From Candidatus Berkelbacteria bacterium (lineage in GTDB: Bacteria > Patescibacteriota > UBA1384 > CAILIB01): a DNA stretch of 48,929 nucleotides. Positions 17,765 through 27,124 of the stretch are shown one piece after another. The DNA lies in the NCBI GenBank assembly GCA_043751595.1, contig JAYUZR010000030.1, positions 1 to 48,929 on the forward strand, written 5' to 3'. Numbering within the stretch: the stretch's first letter is position 1; each line of letters begins with the position of its first letter. Under the pieces are notes generated by a model, which did not search any database, had not been told where the DNA came from, and was given only the letters and a program-made list of their open reading frames with translations. The translations under genes and the position numbers were made by a program.

Positions 17765-18966
17765 TATTCTTCTTCCCAGTGCGAAATAGCACTGGTATAG
17801 GTTCCGGTTGTTCCGCCAAAGACAGCGGTTGCCCGTGGAGTATCAAGGGTTAAGGTAAGTGCAACTCCAGTATTAAAGTTTACAGCACCGCCGGAAACGA
17901 TTGCTCCGGTAATGGTCATCGTATCGCTATTATTTACACTCATCGATCCCGAGGTATAGATAACACCATTCACCGTATACGTGCCCTTGGTAATATTGGC
18001 ATTTCCATTTACTAAAATACCCGATTTACCCGTACCAGGATCTATTACTTGAATGGTAGAGCCGTTAGCGTTTGAGGTAAACGAGCCATCAACCACTAGT
18101 AAGCCGTTAATCTTCATAGTTTTATTGGCCGCCCAGCTATTAGTGGTTAGGTTTCCCGTAACCAGCGTAATGGGACCAGGTAAGCCCGCACTTGAAGTAA
18201 TTGCATTACGAAAAGCAGTTTGCTGAGCAGAGATAGAAAGATCGTATTTTACCGTATAACCCCCAGAAGCGCGGTAATTAGCAAAGTTAACCCCGGGCGG
18301 CGTTTGCGCAGGAGCAGAAGTAACAATACCACCGGAAGTGATAGCCCCAGCATTGTTAGTACTAAACGAGCCAGAGGTGCGGACATAGCCAGTCCCAAGA
18401 TCTAATCTTCCGCCAGAGTTAAGATTTATCGTTGTACCTCCCCCGGCATAAAAATCACCGCCACGAATAACCATGGTGGTTGAATTGTTCGTGACCGATA
18501 GGGTTCCACCGGTCATAAAGGCATTCGTACCAACTGCACTAGTGGCACCTGTTACCCCCTGAAAAACAGTAGCCTCTACCACCCGCTGAGCCACATACGT
18601 CCCATTATCTGCCTTGCCCGTCACCGTAATGGTGGCATAGCCTGCAGCGGTAGAAAGAATAGAAACGGTAGCTGTTTTAGTGGTATCTCCGCCAATATTC
18701 GCCAAGGTGTAAGTGTTAGGAGTTGGCTGAAACGTATTGGCAGCAATTCCTGAAGAATAGGTGGTGTTATTATTCAGCTTCCAGAGAGCATCTTCTACCC
18801 CTGCCTCGGCCGTGTAGTAAGCGGTGATACCGTCTTTTTGCGATCGACTAATTTTTGATTCCAGTGCCGCCACACTTAAACTTGCGGTAGCACTAAATAA
18901 GGCTACTCCAAGCAGGATGAGCATAGTAGCCAGAGCGTATCCAGGTTTTCTTGGGGAAGTCTTCAT
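17761..18966 (-). CDS. PilX/GspK-like minor pilin with a long beta-rich C-terminal domain
   Basis: KPG|YALATMLILL leader without E5; AYYTAEAGVEDAL PilX signature; Thr/Gly/Asn-rich tail. Confidence 0.8.
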   Translation of the reverse strand: MKTSPRKPGYALATMLILLGVALFSATASLSVAALESKISRSQKDGITAYYTAEAGVEDALWKLNNNTTYSSGIAANTFQPTPNTYTLANIGGDTTKTATVSILSTAAGYATITVTGKADNGTYVAQRVVEATVFQGVTGATSAVGTNAFMTGGTLSVTNNSTTMVIRGGDFYAGGGTTINLNSGGRLDLGTGYVRTSGSFSTNNAGAITSGGIVTSAPAQTPPGVNFANYRASGGYTVKYDLSISAQQTAFRNAITSSAGLPGPITLVTGNLTTNSWAANKTMKINGLLVVDGSFTSNANGSTIQVIDPGTGKSGILVNGNANITKGTYTVNGVIYTSGSMSVNNSDTMTITGAIVSGGAVNFNTGVALTLTLDTPRATAVFGGTTGTYTSAISHWEEEY

Positions 18967-19538
18967 TACAATAAATTGCGTAATTGAATCGTAACACGAA
19001 GCGGGTAATTCTGATTGACGCCATCCGTTGTCGTTACTGTAAGATTCAATACCCCGCCTCCATCGTACCCCACAATTGATGCCACTTGGTCGGCCACATC
19101 TACCGTAGAAAGCACCCTCGACTGCAATCCAGCTGCCACATTAGTAGCAGACCACTGCACCCTAACCGTAGGAGCGGCCGGGAAGTAATACTCCTTTGTT
19201 TCTAACTTTAAGATGGTGCCGGAGATGTAGTAGCGCCTATAACTTAAATCGCCAGCGTGACCATCTTCAAACTCAACCTGATTAGGCTGGGTAACGCTGT
19301 TGTCGGTACTATCGGCCGGGAAGTTAGTCACCAAAACAGGGCTTTGCCGCAGTTCTCTCGAGAGCCTATCAATGACCACCCGCGCATTCTGCGCCAAGCC
19401 GGCCATGTTTTGCTGAACCGTAATATTTTTACGAAACACGTTGTAGATACTGGTTGTCATCCCAACCAAAATAATGGCAACGGTTAAGGCAACCATCACC
19501 TCTACTAAGCTAAAGGCCTTTCTAGTGATTGTACGCAT
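18966..19538 (-). CDS. PilW/GspJ-like minor pilin
   Basis: RKA|FSLVEVMVAL prepilin motif; ARVVIDRLSRELRQ. Confidence 0.85.
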   Translation of the reverse strand: MRTITRKAFSLVEVMVALTVAIILVGMTTSIYNVFRKNITVQQNMAGLAQNARVVIDRLSRELRQSPVLVTNFPADSTDNSVTQPNQVEFEDGHAGDLSYRRYYISGTILKLETKEYYFPAAPTVRVQWSATNVAAGLQSRVLSTVDVADQVASIVGYDGGGVLNLTVTTTDGVNQNYPLRVTIQLRNLL

Positions 19539-19944
19539 AGGTAGTGAGTGTAAATTGAGGCGTCCGCTTACCCTCTACCCAAGAGACGGTTACGACCACC
19601 TTTTTCATGCCTAAATCAGTGGCGCTGGCGGCGTAATTACTAGCCGGATCCACATAACTAATAACCGTGGTGCGGCTAAACTTAGCCAACGGATCTCCCG
19701 AGGCAGTGCTTACCGCCGCCAAGGGCTCGTAGGCAGGGCTTGCCCCCACTGTAAGTGAGGCGTAATCGGTACTTCTAATTTTTTCGATTTCTTCTTGTGC
19801 CAAAAAGCTTGCCTGCGTTGCGTAACCACTTTGCTGAATATAGCGCTGACTGAGCGGCAGCAATCGCAAAATGCCAAGTACGGCAATCGAAAATAAGGTA
19901 AGCGCCACCATTACTTCAAGTAGGGTAAAGGCTTTTTGCTTCAT
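19522..19944 (-). CDS. PilV/GspI-like minor pilin
   Basis: MKQKA|FTLLEVMVAL; ASFLAQEEIEKIR; KVVVTVSW. Confidence 0.85.
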   Translation of the reverse strand: MKQKAFTLLEVMVALTLFSIAVLGILRLLPLSQRYIQQSGYATQASFLAQEEIEKIRSTDYASLTVGASPAYEPLAAVSTASGDPLAKFSRTTVISYVDPASNYAASATDLGMKKVVVTVSWVEGKRTPQFTLTTYAYNH

Positions 19945-19948
19945 ATGG

Positions 19949-20491
19949 TTAGTATTCACGAGAACCAGGAAGAAGTGAACCAGACGGGCGTAAATCGATA
20001 GACCTGCGGCGATTGCGGATGGCGTCGCGCAGCACCAGGGTTCCGCTGGTGCTTGGCGCTCCTGCCGTGGTGAACCGCACATCTACTTGCCCGCCAAAAC
20101 TTGCACTATCTACTAGTACATTTACTGGCAAGGTAGTAAGGGTAACGTCTTTTGTATCACAGTTAGCAGAGCGACAAAGGAAGGTAGCAATCGTAGAGGC
20201 ATCTACCGTGTAGGATTGATTAGTAGTAGTGGTGCACGCAACGTTCGAGCACTTTTTGTAGGTAACAATCGTAGAGGTAGCCGAAGAGCTAAACCCGTAA
20301 ATAACTTGCTCAGCCACGGTACGTTGTTGCTGTAGCCTAAGCAGCTCAACCGCCTGATTAGTAGCCGCACTAAGCTGCGCCTGAGAAAGAATCAGCTGAT
20401 AGGTTGGAATAATAAAGGCAGCAACCAACGCAATAACCGCGGCAGTAATAAGCAACTCAACCAAGGTAAGGGCCGGTGCTCGCCTTCTCAT
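19949..20491 (-). CDS. FimT/GspH-like minor pilin
   Basis: A|LTLVELLI motif; C-terminal VRFTTAGAP..IDLRPSG. Confidence 0.8.
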   Translation of the reverse strand: MRRRAPALTLVELLITAAVIALVAAFIIPTYQLILSQAQLSAATNQAVELLRLQQQRTVAEQVIYGFSSSATSTIVTYKKCSNVACTTTTNQSYTVDASTIATFLCRSANCDTKDVTLTTLPVNVLVDSASFGGQVDVRFTTAGAPSTSGTLVLRDAIRNRRRSIDLRPSGSLLPGSREY

Positions 20492-21015
20492 ACCGGTGGA
20501 TTAATTTCTTTGGGCTTGCAGTTTACACAGTAGCCAGGGTCGGTTGGATAATCTCGGTGCGGCACGCAGGGGCCAGAAATGCAGTAATAAATACTACTAT
20601 TGCGAGTAAAATGCGGAAAAAGCTGAGGATCGCTGCACGATGCAATCGGGTCGCTAATATCACAGAGACGATAACTCATCTGGTAAATCTGCTGGTTACT
20701 GCCATTCACCCAGCTATCCCAGTCGAATACTCCTTCGGGCCACACACTAGTTGGCCATTTTCCGCCCGCTAAGTATTTCTCTAGGCCTGGTGGTACAGAG
20801 CGACTAGTATCGGCCGGATAGGCGTAATTATTATCTTCGGCATACTGCGTTACCGCGGTAGCAATACCATTAAGCTCTTCGGTAATGCGAGTAAGCTTGC
20901 TTCTGGAGCGCAACTTGGTCATTCCGACAATACTAAGCGCGATCAAAATCAAGAAAATCGCCATTGTAATCAATAGCTCCGGCAAGGTGAATCCGCCCCT
21001 TCGACTCTTACGCAT
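20488..21015 (-). CDS. Type IV pilin / GspG-like protein with a Cys-rich C-terminus
   Basis: MRKSRRGG|FTLPELLI; six cysteines. ATG 21015 lies 6 nt after TATAAT. Confidence 0.85.
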   Translation of the reverse strand: MRKSRRGGFTLPELLITMAIFLILIALSIVGMTKLRSRSKLTRITEELNGIATAVTQYAEDNNYAYPADTSRSVPPGLEKYLAGGKWPTSVWPEGVFDWDSWVNGSNQQIYQMSYRLCDISDPIASCSDPQLFPHFTRNSSIYYCISGPCVPHRDYPTDPGYCVNCKPKEINPPV

Positions 21016-21045
21016 ACAGATATTATACGCTACCATTTCACTACC

Positions 21046-22035
21046 ATGAACCCACTTCCCGACCTTAGCACCCCACCCACCCAATACGATCTGGTTATTA
21101 TTGGCGGTGCCTGTGCCGGCCTAGCTGCTGCCCTGTATGCCGCGCGCAGAAATCTTAAAACTTTGGTCCTTACCAAGAATATTGGCGGTCAAATTGCTAC
21201 CACCCCAAGCGTAGAGAACTATCCGGGAATCGATTTTATTACTGGAGTCGATCTCGCCCAAGCCCAGTACGCCCAAGCCCTTAAGTGGGGCGCTGAAGTT
21301 ATTTTTGATGAAGTCTCTAAGATCGAAAAGCGCGGCGAGCAAGATTTTGTAATTACCGCTAACCAGGGCTCGTACCAGGCTAAGGCGCTTATTCTAGCCT
21401 ACGGCAAAACGCCAAAGAGCCTCGATGTCCCGGGTGAGTGGGATTACGCCGGGCGCGGTGTTTCCTACTGCGTTACCTGCGATGCTCCATTGTACCGCCG
21501 CAAAGATGTAGTGGTGGTTGGTGGTGGAAACTCGGCCGTAGAAGGCGCTCTTATTTTGGCCGAAACAAGTAATAAGGTATATCTGGTACACCGCCGCACC
21601 GAGTTTAGGGCTGAGGCCGTCCTGATGGAGCAGCTTAAGGCTCAGGTAGATGCCGGCAAAGTAGAGCTGGTACTCTCCAGCGTCTCTAAAGAAGTTATCG
21701 GCGATGGCCCGGTTGCTACGGGACTAGTAGTTACCAATGTTGATGATGCCTCCGAGCGCACCCTAGCGGTAGATGGCATCTTTGTGGAAATTGGATTCTT
21801 GGTAAATGTTGGCCTAATAAAGGAATTGGTCAACCTTGATAAAATGAACCAGGTTATTACCAACAACCGCCAAGAAACCTCTACCAGTGGCGTCTTCGCC
21901 GCCGGAGATCTTACCGATACCGTCTTTAAGCAAGCCGTCATCTCGGCCAGCGAAGGCGCCAAGGCCGCTCTTACTGCCTATAGCTATATCCACAACGGAG
22001 CCAACCCCGGCGTGGATTGGGGCGGACACTCATAA
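21046..22035 (+). CDS. trxB: Thioredoxin reductase
   Basis: IIGGACAGLAAA, SYCVTCD, VGGGNSA, HRR and FAAGD motifs. Confidence 0.95.
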   Translation: MNPLPDLSTPPTQYDLVIIGGACAGLAAALYAARRNLKTLVLTKNIGGQIATTPSVENYPGIDFITGVDLAQAQYAQALKWGAEVIFDEVSKIEKRGEQDFVITANQGSYQAKALILAYGKTPKSLDVPGEWDYAGRGVSYCVTCDAPLYRRKDVVVVGGGNSAVEGALILAETSNKVYLVHRRTEFRAEAVLMEQLKAQVDAGKVELVLSSVSKEVIGDGPVATGLVVTNVDDASERTLAVDGIFVEIGFLVNVGLIKELVNLDKMNQVITNNRQETSTSGVFAAGDLTDTVFKQAVISASEGAKAALTAYSYIHNGANPGVDWGGHS

Positions 22036-22041
22036 ATCGCC

Positions 22042-22800
22042 ATGGATATCCCCGTCACCCTTTCCGAGCAAGATATTCAGCAGCTAAAAGAAGCGCTTAG
22101 TAAGGGTGCCGATCCAGAGGGTATCGCCGACAAATTGTGGGAAGGTGGCTTGTCCGCCAAAGATACTAATCTGATTATGACTCAGATTACCGGTGTACAG
22201 AAAAACTACATCCCAGAAGGGGTAGATACCATGAATCAAGTTTCGCCAGCCAGCCCCTTGGCCCAAAGGATGGTTGATCAGCTCTTCCGGCAAGATGCGA
22301 TAGGTATGAATATTGCAGGGGTACGAACAAAAACTTACGGCAACCCTTGGGGAATGCTCTTTTTTGGCGTCCTTTGGCTCGCAGCAACCCTTGGCTTTTT
22401 CGTAGTAACAGGTGGTACCAAGCCGTATCTAGGTACCAAAACTGTCGGAACGGTAACCCGCGTAGAAGAAAGTCGCAGCAGTAAGGGGGGAACCAGTTAC
22501 CAGCCGTGGTATACCTACCAGGTAGCCGGAAAAACCTATACCGGTCATCCAGATTATTACAGTAGTCAGTTTAGTGGCTACACTACCGGCTCCAATATTA
22601 ACCTGGCATACCTCGACGATCAGCCACAGTTTGCCGTCCCCCAGGGTGGGATTGGCACAATAGTTTTCTTCGCACTCTTCCTTGTCTGCGGCTTGTTCCT
22701 GTTTGCCGCTGGCGTTACCGGCCTTCTTAAGCCAACCAAAAAGGAGCCGCAAATCATGCAGCCCCCTTCTAACCCGACCATTCCTCCCCCACTGGTTTAA
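22042..22800 (+). CDS. DUF3592-like membrane protein
   Basis: TM - (GTVTRV..YQPWYTYQVAGKTY beta domain) - TM. Confidence 0.6.
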   Translation: MDIPVTLSEQDIQQLKEALSKGADPEGIADKLWEGGLSAKDTNLIMTQITGVQKNYIPEGVDTMNQVSPASPLAQRMVDQLFRQDAIGMNIAGVRTKTYGNPWGMLFFGVLWLAATLGFFVVTGGTKPYLGTKTVGTVTRVEESRSSKGGTSYQPWYTYQVAGKTYTGHPDYYSSQFSGYTTGSNINLAYLDDQPQFAVPQGGIGTIVFFALFLVCGLFLFAAGVTGLLKPTKKEPQIMQPPSNPTIPPPLV

Positions 22801-23351
22801 GTGGGTTTGGCCAGCTCAGCAATTACCATCTCGATTAACGCCTTGGGCGAATCATCCATTACCACCCGGCCGCGGCCGCGATGAGCAATCTCTAGCAGGT
22901 GCGGAATCTCATCAGACATTCCCCCACTATTAAGCAGGACGCCGATTACCTTATGCCGCTCAAAGGCCGAGGTAAACTCGTGCAGCGTACCTAGGCGGCC
23001 ACTTACATGCACCACCGCATCGCTTAAATCAACCATTAAGGTATCGCGGCCAGCGTAATCGTACCCGGTAAAGAAGACCGTATCGTGATGATCGAGCGGG
23101 AGCCGATACTTGCGCTGGTGCTCGAGCATACTGTGCGCAGGCGAGAAGCCGATTACCTGCCCCTGCACCGATTTTGCCCCCTTGGCGGCAATATAGGGAA
23201 TACCGTTAGTGGCTCCCGTAAGGAGGACTCCGCCGTAGATGGCGATTTGCTTACCGGTCTCAAAAGCGGCTGCCTCGCCATCGAGCACTTCTTGACCACC
23301 GGCTGCCCCCGAGACACAGATTTTAGGATCGAATAAAAGGTGGTGCTTCAT
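22797..23351 (-). CDS. LOG/SLOG family protein
   Basis: TGATNGIP, GRDTLMV, SGRLGTLHE and SGGMSD motifs. Confidence 0.8.
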   Translation of the reverse strand: MKHHLLFDPKICVSGAAGGQEVLDGEAAAFETGKQIAIYGGVLLTGATNGIPYIAAKGAKSVQGQVIGFSPAHSMLEHQRKYRLPLDHHDTVFFTGYDYAGRDTLMVDLSDAVVHVSGRLGTLHEFTSAFERHKVIGVLLNSGGMSDEIPHLLEIAHRGRGRVVMDDSPKALIEMVIAELAKPT

Positions 23352-23443
23352 GAAAAATGTTAGTACACCCATTATATGGCCTTTATACCTCTATTTGCGA
23401 GGGCTAATCGGAGGTACAATAAGAGTGCATCATTATTCTACTT

Positions 23444-23791
23444 ATGGCGAACACCCTTACTCCCCCCTATACCGTTGCCCAAGTTGTTGAAGAAAACATC
23501 TTCGACCTTCTTCAACTTACCGATCTCACCGAAGAAAGTCGCCAAGACTTTATGGATGAGCTTATGGAATCCGTTGATGGTGCCGTAATAGATGCCATCG
23601 CTGAGAAGCTAAGCGAAGAAGAACTTACAGTGTTTGAGGCCTTGCTGGATTCTGAGGAAGAAGCTGCCCTTGAGCCGTTTTTTACTGAAAAAAATATTAA
23701 CGTGGAAGAACTGTACGTAGCAAAAAGTATGGAGTACAAGATTGAGCTACTACAGCTCCGCTTTGGTGAAGACGCCGTTACCGAGAAATGA
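23444..23791 (+). CDS. Small acidic helical protein (resembles DUF5663-type CPR proteins)
   Basis: Very acidic 115-aa ORF; TACAAT upstream. Confidence 0.6.
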   Translation: MANTLTPPYTVAQVVEENIFDLLQLTDLTEESRQDFMDELMESVDGAVIDAIAEKLSEEELTVFEALLDSEEEAALEPFFTEKNINVEELYVAKSMEYKIELLQLRFGEDAVTEK

Positions 23792-26040
23792 ACGAAGGCG
23801 GACCGAGTCCTTTTGATATGACCACTCCAGAAAATAGAGGTGATGCCCTAGTACCACTTCAAGCAGAAGGTGAGGACATTTCTAGTGAAGAGCAGTCACC
23901 TCAATCAGATGGTGAGGGTCAGGCGAATCGCGTGGAGACTACGGCAATACCAGAAAGTAGGAAAGAGAAATTAAAAAGAATTTGGACAAAAGCACGAAAG
24001 GGCTTTAAAAAGCACTTTAATACAGATCCAACTAATCCTGAAGATTTAGCGCTTCTATTCAAGGATACGGAACTAGAGAAATTTCCAATTTTTAGAGATT
24101 TTACGCTTGAGCGATTATCTAAAATGGAAGTCATTCAAAAATACGCAAAATTTTACAGCCGTAAAAAAAACAGCCTCTACCGTCACAGCAGCAGGGTTAA
24201 GTTTGATGCAGATCTAGAGGGAATTGGAGTTGATCCAATAAGTGAGGGGGAAACAACTGCAAAGCCTACAAAAGGATACACGCCAGAGTTGCTAGGAAAA
24301 ATAAAGGGTAAGCACGTTTCTGTAAATGAAGATGCACTGAGCCTTATCCAAAAAATTACAAGGGATCGTTACCTAGGAAAACCTGGTCTCATCGAGAGTG
24401 CATACAGGAAAGTAACTAGTCCCTTGGGTCAGAGAGTTGCTGCAACGGCAGTATTTGGCGGGTTTTTAGGATACGAACACGCCGGTGCAGCACTGACACT
24501 GGTCCCCATTGGTGCCAATATCGCTATGGGTGGCTATGAACTACTGGCGGAAAAATTTGGCTGGATCAAAGAAACAGCAGCAGAGAAAAAAACCGGCGTC
24601 TTGGCACCTCCTGCCCATGAGGCCTTTAACGAAGATTTCCGCAGAGAACAATATCGCCTGATGCAGGATGACCTTGCGGAATGCAAGAAACTACTTGGCG
24701 ACGGTATTTTCACCCCATCCGAATATCAACTCCACGCAGCCAACGCAGCTAGGGCATATCAGAATATCCTCCATGAGACAGAAGGGTTAGCGAAAAAAGG
24801 CGGTAAGTCAAAACCACTACTGCGCCAATTTTACGACAAAGAAACTGGTGTACTTGCCACTACCCTGGTTGGCACCAGGATATTAGAAGGTCTCGTGGGA
24901 CAAGACCCTGCAACTATGGCCGCTCATACATCGGCCATGCTTTGGGGATTGGCCTTCTTGGCTGGAAAGCACTACGCTCCCCACCTTAAAGAAAAGTTCC
25001 TGGAGTGGTCTGAGGGGAAATCAACCGTTAAGGATAGTCTTATTTTTAGCGCTGGCACGGCAGCGGCAAGCCTACTTTACGGACTACATCACCAGCAGGC
25101 CCCGATGTCGGTAGAACTAGCACAACACGCCCTGGTGAGTGGAATATTTGCACTTGCTGCAGCAAGTCCTGCTGTATCAAAAACAGTAGAAGAGGCTCGC
25201 ACCCGTCTATCCAAGCTCCTTCCTGGGCTCAAGCCCGGTGGGGCCACACAGGTTCAAGATGCAACTCATAGAATTATTACTGAGACTGGCCTTCTCAAGA
25301 AAGAGGATGGCAATACTAGCGGAACAGCTCAGGGTAGGCTCTACGAAAATAAAGAAAGAAAGAAACCAGCTGAAAGAGCTATCACCGTAGACCTACCAGA
25401 TAGTCTCAATGGGCTTATTACCGAAATTGAAGCTAAGGTAACGACAGACTATCAAGTAGAAATTACAATAAACAGCATCGGAGAGGGTAAGTTGGTTATC
25501 GAGAATGAGGCATCTGGTAAGGTAGCCGCAAAGAAAGAAACGAGAAAGATTAAAAAAGAGGACATAACTAATCACACCTTCAAAAGTGATGCGAAAGCCA
25601 CTATAGAAATGGCTGGTAAAAATATTGTTTTTTACGTTAGACGATATGGTGAAGGGCTTACTTTTAATGAACCCCTTGCAGGTATCAATCCTTCCCATCA
25701 ACCTGCGCCACCCTCTATGGAAAGCAGTCCAGAAGTAGGTGGATCCGAAGAAGATTTTAGAATGTTACGCGAAGCGATTGAATCCGTACATATCGATCCA
25801 ACTCTCGAGGCGTATCTTCACCCGATTGATGTACGATCCCTTATTGTGGTTGAGCCGATTACCATTACATGGAAAGATAAGGATGGAAAAATGCATCGCT
25901 CAAAACTAGCAGCCGAAGAAGTTTTTCAGATAAAAGGCGGATCCTGTACATTTACTATATATGACGCAGGCTCAAATAATGTTGTAGGCATTGGTACATT
26001 CGAAGAAAACCCAGAAAAACTAACCATCCTACAGCCCTAG
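23788..26040 (+). CDS. Large hypothetical membrane-associated protein
   Basis: 750-aa ORF with ATGA overlap; several Gly/Ala-rich hydrophobic stretches. Confidence 0.7.
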   Translation: MNEGGPSPFDMTTPENRGDALVPLQAEGEDISSEEQSPQSDGEGQANRVETTAIPESRKEKLKRIWTKARKGFKKHFNTDPTNPEDLALLFKDTELEKFPIFRDFTLERLSKMEVIQKYAKFYSRKKNSLYRHSSRVKFDADLEGIGVDPISEGETTAKPTKGYTPELLGKIKGKHVSVNEDALSLIQKITRDRYLGKPGLIESAYRKVTSPLGQRVAATAVFGGFLGYEHAGAALTLVPIGANIAMGGYELLAEKFGWIKETAAEKKTGVLAPPAHEAFNEDFRREQYRLMQDDLAECKKLLGDGIFTPSEYQLHAANAARAYQNILHETEGLAKKGGKSKPLLRQFYDKETGVLATTLVGTRILEGLVGQDPATMAAHTSAMLWGLAFLAGKHYAPHLKEKFLEWSEGKSTVKDSLIFSAGTAAASLLYGLHHQQAPMSVELAQHALVSGIFALAAASPAVSKTVEEARTRLSKLLPGLKPGGATQVQDATHRIITETGLLKKEDGNTSGTAQGRLYENKERKKPAERAITVDLPDSLNGLITEIEAKVTTDYQVEITINSIGEGKLVIENEASGKVAAKKETRKIKKEDITNHTFKSDAKATIEMAGKNIVFYVRRYGEGLTFNEPLAGINPSHQPAPPSMESSPEVGGSEEDFRMLREAIESVHIDPTLEAYLHPIDVRSLIVVEPITITWKDKDGKMHRSKLAAEEVFQIKGGSCTFTIYDAGSNNVVGIGTFEENPEKLTILQP

Positions 26041-27119
26041 TAAACTTTGCCAAAGAACGTGAGCAATTTAGAGGCTACTGGCCAATTTACTTCAGGAATC
26101 CTTACTTGCTGGCTCTCAATAAACTCTTCTTTCGTATCTTTATAGGTACGCTTGGAAAGAGAGTCAATAACATACTCTGGTTCGCATTCCCCCAAGATAA
26201 ATCGAATCTCAGAATTATTACTGACAACCTCCTTAAGTGTTTTAGCAAAAAACTTTTTCTGACCAGGGGTTAGCTGTTTAAAATAAGGAAGTAACCTCTT
26301 CTCAATAGAGTCACCCGCAATGGCCTCGTAGGTAAGCTCAAGGGTGAGTGACTCAATAAGCTTCTTTTCTACCTCTGAAACTTGCAGCTCTTCGGTATTA
26401 CGATAACGCTTAATGAGCTCCTTCATATAATTAGCCTTCGATCTTTGCTGTAGGAGCATCCAGGTTCCCCAAAATATATCATCCTTTGTTAACTCCTCCT
26501 TTTTTAGAAGCGCATTAGCAATCGTGGACGCAAATTGAATTGTTTGGAGTTGCGAAATCTTTTCATACGTACATTCACCCGTGCTCAAGTGTGTCCTTAC
26601 TTGCTCGGGCAAGAAGGAGATCTTTTTTAGAAAATCAATAAGCGTAACTCGTAGTGACTCGCTAAGGGTAAAGTTCTCATAGTTATGCATTGCATACTCA
26701 TCAAGAATTGTACCCATAAGCTCGTCTATACCCGTTAGAAGGTGTTCCCTACTAGGCTCCGCAACCACACTCTCCACATATACTCGGATCATTTCCAAAT
26801 CAACAACGGTCACAAAGGCAAAAACCTTATGCCAGAGAACATCGAAAGTCTGCAGCTCAGCACTAAGAGCCGCGCCTTTTTCGCTTTCACTAGTAACCTT
26901 CTCTAGAATCAGAGAAATTGCAGTAGCAGGATCCTGTTCCTGGATTTGCTCAGCCTTCATTGCTAATTTTCGAGCACGCTTTAACTCATCAAATAACGCA
27001 GAAAGAATCTCTGGTTCGTCCCTAACCTCAGAAGGTAAACTACGAACATAGGTATATATTTGTCCATCATCGGTAGCAGGATCCTGAAGCCACGTAAGAA
27101 TTGAATTAGAAAGAGACAT
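26037..27119 (-). CDS. Hypothetical alpha-helical protein
   Basis: 360-aa ORF 5 nt downstream of the 1290-aa gene. Confidence 0.7.
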   Translation of the reverse strand: MSLSNSILTWLQDPATDDGQIYTYVRSLPSEVRDEPEILSALFDELKRARKLAMKAEQIQEQDPATAISLILEKVTSESEKGAALSAELQTFDVLWHKVFAFVTVVDLEMIRVYVESVVAEPSREHLLTGIDELMGTILDEYAMHNYENFTLSESLRVTLIDFLKKISFLPEQVRTHLSTGECTYEKISQLQTIQFASTIANALLKKEELTKDDIFWGTWMLLQQRSKANYMKELIKRYRNTEELQVSEVEKKLIESLTLELTYEAIAGDSIEKRLLPYFKQLTPGQKKFFAKTLKEVVSNNSEIRFILGECEPEYVIDSLSKRTYKDTKEEFIESQQVRIPEVNWPVASKLLTFFGKVY

Positions 27120-27124
27120 GATAG

